Assembly (NCBI GenBank): GCA_951406725.2
Contig: OX597828.1
Span: 69,440,001 to 69,504,000 of the forward strand
DNA: 64,000 bases
Origin: Octopus vulgaris
Taxonomy: Eukaryota
Reading direction: 5' to 3'
Shown here: piece by piece, positions 54,818 through 64,000 of the stretch
Numbering within the stretch: the first letter of the stretch is position 1
Layout: every line of letters begins with the position of its first letter
Made by a program: the position numbers and the translations under genes
Notes under the pieces: generated by a model
The model's database searches: none
The model's input: only the letters and a program-made list of their open reading frames with translations
What the model was told of the DNA's origin: nothing

Positions 54818-54898
54818 ACTAGCGAGGGCCTGCACCTAGAGACATGCTGGTTTCTGAGTCTTGCTCGTCATCAGTCCAGGGTAGCCAGTCCTGCTAGT
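54818..54898 (-). ncRNA. Type I hammerhead ribozyme with extended helix I
   Basis: Minus strand CCUGGA-CUGAUGA-C-GAG(CAAGA)CUC-A-GAAA-C(CAGCAU)G-UC-UCUAGG. Helix I continues past an internal loop to ACUAGC/GCUAGU. Confidence 0.75.
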
Positions 54899-55001
54899 TG
54901 AAGATGTTTGCCAAGCCTCTGCAAATATATATATTTTCAGTGAAATCTATTCGCTGATCACCAAAATTAGAAATATAAAATTTCTAAATGTCTCAGAGAG
55001 A

Positions 55002-55055
<54 letters not shown>

Positions 55056-55057
<2 letters not shown>

Positions 55058-55421
55058 TCTTTTACTCTTTTACTTGTTTCAGTCATTTGACTGCGGCCAT
55101 GCTGGAGCACCACCTTTTGGTACTTATTCTATCGGTCTCTTTTTGCCGAACCGCTAAGTGACAGGGACGTAAACACACCAGCATCGGTTGTCAAGCAATG
55201 CTAGGGGGACAAACACAGACACACAAACACACACACATATACATAGATATACATATATACGACAGGCTTCTTTCAGTTTCCGTCTACCAAATCCACTCAC
55301 AAGGCATTGGTCGGCCCGGGGCTATAGCAGAAGACACTTGCCCAAGATGCCACGCAGTGGGACTGAACCCGCAACCGTGTGGTTGGTTAGCAAGCTATTT
55401 ACCACACAGCCACTCCTGCGC
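55056..55421 (-). mobile_element. SINE family A (small internal deletion)
   Basis: Close match to 94-500. Confidence 0.9.
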
Positions 55422-55448
55422 CTATATATATATATATATATATATATA

Positions 55449-55834
<386 letters not shown>

Positions 55835-56086
55835 CCGTCTTCGTCTTTTCCTTAATTTTTTCCTCTGATTAGTTCGAGTATAAAAATGTAAACAATTTCA
55901 GCCTAAATAGTAATTAAATTCCTATCTAGCTACAGAAAGCGACATGCACAGACGAACACCCACACACACACACGCACAAATACGCCTTCGAAATCAAATG
56001 ACCAATATATAGGTCAACAGTCTATGACTTATCTTTTATCTCTTAAACTATCCGAATGACATTACAAACATTTAAGCCTTTAATGG

Positions 56087-56125
<39 letters not shown>

Positions 56126-56877
56126 ACACACACATACACATAACAAATTCATTCATATTTAATTTTCATATTCCCATACAATCGTTTCATACAAATGGAC
56201 CCAGATATTTATAAACAGAATATCGTAATAGTCAAACTTGTACTCCTCAGTATTATTTACCTCGTCTTAGAGGTGCCCTGTGTCAAAAAACTATCATTCA
56301 TAGCAGACGTTCTCTCGACATCGTTCACACGTACCTGACTCGGGCTCAGAAGTTACGGCCTCGGTTGTTATCTATAATCGTAAAAAATTAAAAGTAATTC
56401 GATGTTTTCTTGAAACAATAAATTTTTGTAGAAATTACGATTTAAATTCCAATCTATGAAAACTTTCCATTGTATAATACTCTTAGAGGAACGAAAAAAT
56501 ATCCAGTAACTCGAGCTAATACAAACGAGCTTGGTAGATGTAAAAAGCTAACTGGCATCTCTTGTTAAGAATACAGGTGACAATCAGATCGCTGATGTTT
56601 GTTGTTGTTATTTGATTCCGCTGTTATTCTTTGCGTCTGTATACAAAGAACAGTTGTGCTTTGCAGGGTTGCTTTATTTTAACATTTACCTCAGAAATGG
56701 TGAAAGGCATAGTGCTAGATACAACAAAAATAAGCCAATTGGGGCTAGAAATAAAGCCGAAAATGTGAAATTCTTCGAGCAGGCATGTGTCTTAATGCGA
56801 AATCTGTGATGAGCCCCCCAATGACGCTGATGACCTGGAGTCACCTCTGATATATATATATGCACTACTATATATAT

Positions 56878-57182
<305 letters not shown>

Positions 57183-58226
57183 TACATATATATATACATT
57201 ACATATATATATATATATACTACATGTGTGGGAAATTCTGCTTGTGGGTGTGTTTGTGGAGTTGTTAGCTAACTCCTTCTATATCATTTTATCGATTTTG
57301 ATGAAACTTAACACATGAGTAGAACTCATCTCTGGAAACCTCATAGCATACTCAGATAGTTGAAAAAAAAATCGATAATAGAGCCCCTGGAAGGGATCCT
57401 TATATATATATCTAATATATTTCATTTTAACAGCCAAGGGAAATAACCCATTCATTTTCCTAAATCATTTGTTATAAATCAAATTGAGTATGCTTATTTC
57501 TTAGTATTTGAACTGTTACAGTTATTTTCGCAATTTAGCTAGTACAACCCTTAAACAACTAAATAGTATTTTCCTAAACAATAGATCCCCTTATTTTGGT
57601 CAGTGACTTATTCACGACTATACCAACACTAGTGCCACTGAGGGTAATATTCTCTGGGAACGCACAAAAACCCTTTTCAGAGTCATTTACTTTGAATTGC
57701 TATTATCTCATATCCAATTAGCCTTTTATTACGTAAGATGCTTCAAGATTTTAGTATACATACCTTATTGGTATTTCCTCCTATGTTCTATATACTCTGG
57801 GAACGCATTAAACCCTTTTCGAGACTACTTTATTTGAATTCTTACTATCGGGTAACTAATTTCATGTTACTACATAATTGACTTCATAATTTGGATTTTC
57901 ATAACTTATTGGGAATTCCTAAAAACAAGAGCATGTGTAAGACAGTTCGGTATTCTCTGTAAAATGCACAAAAACCGTTTTAAGGTATACATACTTTGTA
58001 TTGCTGTTATTGGATTAGCGAAACCATTATGAGAACGGAACCAAAGGATATGCCTCGTTTTCCTGGGAATTACGTCAGCTATTAAAGATAATCTGGAACT
58101 CGGCTGAGGAAAGAAAACTCCGAATGACCCGTCCTTGTTTTCATTGTATCATCTATCTGGATGCTTTGTTGTCCCTTCCTTGTATCACCTAACTGTCTGG
58201 ATGTTTTGCGTTCTTGTCCAATTTTG

Positions 58227-58308
<82 letters not shown>

Positions 58309-59152
58309 CAAAGCGTTATCGTGAAGAAGTATTTAGGTGTGAGAAGAACTTGGGCTAGCAGTTACCGTGGAGAAAAAATCTCTCTTATGGTAGAAAGATG
58401 TGAAAACACTTTTCTATGGAAAAGAATGAAGATCTAAACGGGGAACAACTTTAAAATTTAACTGTAGCAAAAATATGTCAAGACATATACACAATCGCTG
58501 AAACAAGTTCGCTTAGAGAACTCTGTAGCAAACCTACACAAATGAATGGGTGAAAAAACTAGCTTTTAAACAACAAAATGGTTGACGTAGGTAGAGGATG
58601 GGTGTCCGTCAGAATGAAATAGTAATCAAAAGGTTCGATAGATTAAAAACATAGTTGAGAACCTATATTTGAAGTACTTCCTAGGAAGACTTTGTTTCGT
58701 TAAAATAGCCGCCTATGTATTGAACATATGACATCAATACACCGTCAACAGACAGGTTACAGCGACGTTCATCCTGAGATAAAATCGCTTATGGACATAT
58801 GTCGAAAAACACTAATTTTACGGTAAAGAGAGAGGGAACGCTGAGCGAATTACTCTGTTGTCAATTATTTTAATTCTACGATTTCTGACAATTTCTGCAG
58901 CTTATATAGCGTTAATCCGTATTTGACGTAGCTGCCGTGTATGTTAAGCATGTCTGTATTACCCGGTGGCATTAATCCTTTCCGGGTTTCCACCTTTCAG
59001 GTGCAGCAGAAGAAAAACATGATGTAAGGGAGGTAATCAGATATACTAAGGGAGATAATTATTTCTTACTACAGATTGTCAACCTATTATTTTTGTTTCA
59101 GTATGCGCGCAAGCGAGCGCGTGTGTGAACGGGTAATGAGTGCGTGTGTGCA

Positions 59153-59184
<32 letters not shown>

Positions 59185-59204
59185 CGCGCGCGCGCGTGTG
59201 TGTG

Positions 59205-59539
59205 AAGGCGTATGGCTCAGCGGTTAGAGCGTCGAGCTTACGATCGTGAGGTTGTGAGTTCGAATCCCGGACCGGGCTGTGTGTTGTGTTCTTGAGCAAG
59301 ATACTTTATTTCACGTCCCTCCAGTTCACTCAGCTGTAGAAATGAGTTGCGACGTCACTGGTGCCAAGATGTATCGGCCCCTTTGCTGTTCCTTTGGATG
59401 ATAACACTGGTGGCGTGGAAAGGGGGAGGCCGGTATGCATGGGCGACCACTGGTCTTCCATAAATAACCTTGCCCGAACTTGTACTTAGGAGGGTAGTTA
59501 TCTAGGTGCAATCCCATGGTCATTCATGACCGAAGGATA

Positions 59540-59540
<1 letters not shown>
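59205..59540 (+). mobile_element. tRNA-derived SINE family D
   Basis: TGGCTCAGCGG A box, GAGTTCGAATCCC B box, CTTGAGCAAGATACTTTATTTCAC core. Confidence 0.8.
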
Positions 59541-59607
<67 letters not shown>

Positions 59608-59864
59608 CTTATATTGGGACCGATACGATAATAACGGAATTTTTTGGAAATTTCTGTCGGCTTACTTCGAGACGCGTGTTTATAGTGATAAATTACATGG
59701 TTATTGACAATTTGACTATTTTCGGCATATTTAACATTAGAATTTTTTTTCTTTTGCCCTTGTTTATTAGTTGTTTATAAATTTAACCTTTAAAGGTATT
59801 TTTTAATATGCTAGCCATTGATAAAATATTATCCTATATTAGATATATAGATATATATATATAT

Positions 59865-60292
59865 GTCAAGACTGCATGGTACACTAAGGGTGTTGCCAAG
59901 ATACACAAACTTGTCTACAACTTGAAGCTTCTGACATGGACTCAGATATCTAGTTCCCTGCATGGCAATCCTGACGCAGGCTGATAGAAGACAGCAATCT
60001 TTCCGAGATATATCGCCAAGCCTGAACATAGAACAAGCATTAGTGGAGTCCATAATATGCTGCATAATCTTCTTGAAATTTCTTAGCAATAAGAACATGA
60101 TTCAGGTGTCTTAGATGGAAAAGTTTCCTAGGAGCAGGAGTGGCTGTGTGGTAAGTAGCTTGCTTACCGGCGACATGGTTCTGGGTTCAGTCCCACTACG
60201 AGGCACCTTGGGCAAGTGTCTTCTATTATAGCCTCGGGCCAACGAAAGCCTTGTGAGTGGATTTGGTAGACGGAAACTGAAAGAAGCCCGTC

Positions 60293-60340
<48 letters not shown>

Positions 60341-60350
60341 GTATATGAGT

Positions 60351-60401
<51 letters not shown>

Positions 60402-60850
60402 TCCTCCTAACATCGCTTGACAACCGATGCTGGTGTGTTTACGTCCCCGTGACCTAGCAGTTCGGCAAAAAGAGACCGATAGAATAAGTGCTAGGCTTAC
60501 AAAGAATAAGTCTTGGGGTCGATTTGCTCGAGTAAAAGGCGGTGCTCCAGCATGGCCACAGTCACATGACTGAAACAAGTAGAAGAGTAAAAGAGTTAAA
60601 GAGCTGTACGAAACCCGACATATGTTTCTATCGACATAGAAACAGGAGAGAAAGAGCGTTGGCGCTGGAACGTCGCTTTGTTTGACACCACCATTCATAG
60701 CAACAGGATGTGATGCATTGCTGCCATCATTCATCCAGGCCTTTCTGTTGTCGTAGATTTGACGAAGAATCGTCACAGACTTATTTGGACACCCATGTTT
60801 TCTCAGAACCTCCTAAAGACCTTTGTTTATTTACTGAAACAACGAACACA
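59865..60850 (-). mobile_element. RTE LINE RT fragment split by a family A SINE
   Basis: GGVKQSDVPAPTLF and LQVVDKFVYLGNTLS. Confidence 0.75.
60131..60603 (+). mobile_element. SINE family A, full length
   Basis: Head GCAGGAGTGGCTGTGTGG through tail AGAGTAAAAGAG. Confidence 0.9.
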
Positions 60851-60941
60851 TGAAATAGATCCAATCTTTATTCGATACACTTTTCGTGATGTTGTCTTGC
60901 CAAGAATATCACGTCAATCGCACGCCTTTTGTCCTCAAAAA

Positions 60942-60965
60942 TACATACATACACTCACACACGCG

Positions 60966-61006
<41 letters not shown>

Positions 61007-61054
61007 ACATACATACATACATACATACATACATACACTCTCACACACACACAC

Positions 61055-61087
<33 letters not shown>

Positions 61088-61091
61088 AATG

Positions 61092-61123
<32 letters not shown>

Positions 61124-61268
61124 AATGCATACATACATACATACATACATACATAAATACATACATATATTTATATACATATATACACATACATGCATAC
61201 ATAAATACATGCGTACATACATGCATACCACATACATACATACATGCGTACACACACACACACACACA

Positions 61269-61302
<34 letters not shown>

Positions 61303-61324
61303 CATACATACATACATACATACA
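60942..61324. repeat. (CA)n/(TACA)n microsatellite
   Basis: Direct reading. Confidence 0.9.
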
Positions 61325-61597
61325 ATATTCAGTGACGATATTTTTAACCTTACGTTCGGAATTCAAATTCCGGCGAGGTCGAATTTGCCTTTCATCCTTT
61401 CGGGGTCGATACCAGTTACGTACTGAGGTCGATCTAATCGTCTGGCTCCCTCCCCCAAAATAGAATAGAAAAGATATTTATTTTTAACACGAATGAGCAG
61501 AAGTTATCTCCCTTCCGTAACTGTTTCGCATTACAAGTTCCTATCTTTAATCCAATGCTGGTGGCGGAATTCAGATGGAAGAAGGTTGATAGCGTTT

Positions 61598-61880
61598 ATC
61601 TTTATATATATAAAACTATGACTGTGTATCTGTTGTCTGTCTGTCTGTCTGTGTGTTTCCCTAAAACTTGAGAACTACACAACCAATTTCATTCAAATTT
61701 TACACATGCCTTACTTAGGGTGCATTAGTGTCATGTGCAAAAAAATTCTAACTTCCTGCCTATCAGCAATATCATATCTTCTCCACTATTTCAGTATTAC
61801 GTGTTAAAAGTGAAACAAAAACATCTCTCTATTGTAATGTCAGATACTTTCACTTTAATACTGAAACTATTAAAGTCAAA
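61598..61880 (+). mobile_element. Helitron-like 5' fragment; second copy at 62360-62470
   Basis: TCTTTATATATATAAAA..(GTCT)n..GAGAACTACACAACCAATTTCATTCAAATTTTACACATGC, the core repeated at 62400. Confidence 0.55.
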
Positions 61881-62465
61881 CTATTATATAAGAGGGATGA
61901 ACTATTAACAGTGGACATCCATTTTGCTAGAAGAAGATCCGCTATGGTCTTATATGCTACACCACTGGTTTTCAATTCATATCAATCAAATTAATATTCA
62001 ATTTCCCACCCTTATTATTTTAAATTTAAATATAAACCGAGGACCATGTGCTTTAGAACGAAGTTTGTTACCACTTAGCCACACCTGCACCAATGTATTT
62101 GTGTTTGTGTATGTGTGTATAGCTGTATATGTATACACTTCTATAGATATAGATATATATGTATACATGTATGTGTAGATGTATATATATAGATGTACAT
62201 GTAATATGTACACATATATTCCCATATATACATGCATACATATATACACACATACACACACACACATACATAGAGGCAGGTGTGGCTGTGTGGTAACAAA
62301 CTTCGTTCCAAGAGGAATGGTCCTGAGTTCCGTCCCACTGTGTGGTGATTTGGCATGAAATGTGTGTCTGTCTGTCTGTCTGTGTGAATCCCTAAAAAAA
62401 GAGAACTACACAACCAATTTCATTCAAATTTTACACATGCATTACATAGGGTCCGTGTAGTGCCA

Positions 62466-62657
62466 TGGGCTCGCTCTGGGCGCCACTGGGCTCACTGTCC
62501 GCGGCTACGACACCACAGTGAGCGCTATGGCGACTAGAGCTCGCTCTGGGCGCCATTGGGCTCACTGTCCGCGGCTACGGCTCGGCTACGGCTCGGCTAC
62601 GGCTCGGCTACGGCTCGGCTACGGCTACGGCTCAGCTCGGCTCGGCTCGGCTCGGCA

Positions 62658-62697
<40 letters not shown>

Positions 62698-62700
62698 AAA
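62466..62700. repeat. GC-rich duplication plus (CGGCT/CGGCTA)n and (GAAA)n repeats
   Basis: Direct reading. Confidence 0.85.
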
Positions 62701-63711
62701 TCAATTATATAGAGAGAGCTACAGCGCGAAGGCAGCAAAAAAAACAAAAAACTCTTCCTCAATTGTTGGCAGTTTTATCTACTCCGCATTGCAACAAGAT
62801 GAGTCTTCGTCAAAGCAATTGCTCCCCCAAAGCAAATTAAATAAAATTTGAGACACGTGGAACGTCAGAGCTGCTAACAAAAACAGGACATTGAAAACCT
62901 TCGGTAAGCGCTGTTTAACCCTAACGAGGTGAAGTGGTGGACGCTCGAGGAAAAATGCTTTTCAAGAGGTAGACAAGTATGCGTCTTATAGTTATAAGCT
63001 GAACGAGAAGAAAAAGAATTACATTTAGAAATAGTTATCTATAATTATAGAGGACAGAATTTCAGTTAGAAATAGAGAACTATAAATATTGATTTATGCA
63101 TAAAGTGGTGGCTTACATTCGGCGCTTCCAATTTCTCTGTAAAATAGAAGCTAATCGCAAAATCATCGCACTTGTCACCATCGATTACAAACACCGGTGG
63201 AAGATAAAAGTTCCAGAGGACATTCTTGTTCTTTCGTTTGTACAAGGATCGTATTATGTTTCGGCTTAAAATAAATTTTAGATACAAATATAATGTAAAG
63301 AAATATATAAAAACCAGAATAGAAAATAAAACGTCTTAAGCATATAAAATGAGATAACATGAGATATCAAGGTGTTATAAACTTGAAATCATAGATAATA
63401 TAGAATATCATAGATAATATATTATCAAGTCATCCAATCAGTTCTGTCCAATTTTACCTTTTTTAGATTTGAATGAAATTTAATAGTATTTTCAAATGTC
63501 TAATTCAATTAAAAATTATTTTTATGCATTTGTGTACGTTTAAACTAATTCAATATTGTTTTACAAAATAATAGAGGGTGTCCACAAAGTCTGCGTACAT
63601 GGGGATTAACACATACTTTTAAAACAAACCAATTTTCTTTAATTATAATGTTAATAAATAATATTTTCAAAGTGATTTCCATCATTTTTCAATGCATAAT
63701 TCTGTAACCCT

Positions 63712-64000
63712 TTAAAATAAAAGAGGAGAAAATTCATTTTCGGCACTTGATGCTTTGGGAACCAGACAAAAATTGCTGCAGCTTGGCTGGGATGTGTTAC
63801 CCCCTATTCCCCAGATATTACTCCTTCGGATTTCCACTTATTCAGGTCTCTGCAGAATAGTCTTAATGGTGAAAATTTCAATTCCCTAGTTGACATAAAA
63901 AGATACCTTGATGAATTATTTGCCCTGAAACCACCCCAATTCTGGGAAGAGGGTATTTTCAAGGTAAAGGAAAGATGGAGACGTATTGTGCAACCTCCAA
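63712..64000 (+). pseudogene. Internally deleted mariner transposase
   Basis: EKIHFRHLMLW joined to TRQKLLQLGWDVL..PYSPDITPSDFHLFRSLQNSLNG..ERWRRIVQ. Confidence 0.85.

Overview
Eukaryotic, extremely repeat-rich non-coding DNA, most likely intronic or intergenic sequence of an octopus (coleoid cephalopod). That assignment is inferred from the tRNA-derived SINE families and the (TA)n/(TACA)n/(TAGA)n microsatellite load. No intact host gene could be supported, and nearly all ORFs in the supplied track are microsatellite translation artefacts. The window is a mosaic of microsatellites, about four tRNA-derived SINE families, and decayed RTE, R4/Dong-like (RLE) and I/Jockey-like LINEs. It also holds Penelope-like (PLE) RT and GIY-YIG fragments, mariner/Tc1, hAT and probable Academ DNA-transposon remnants, and non-autonomous Helitrons. 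The most interesting signal is about a dozen hammerhead-ribozyme (HHR) motifs read by eye from the sequence. These include a canonical type I HHR with an extended, internally looped helix I in a ~250-bp non-coding element (54670-54930) and a five-copy minimal HHR family with a non-canonical CUGUNGA core, two copies of which sit in tandem 216 nt apart. Several more HHRs have long helix II inserts and palindromic helix III. There is also a recurrent (TA)n-embedded fold-back-plus-tail insertion architecture, and in one family the inversion junction falls in or beside the ribozyme core. All folds are manual predictions and no searches were run.
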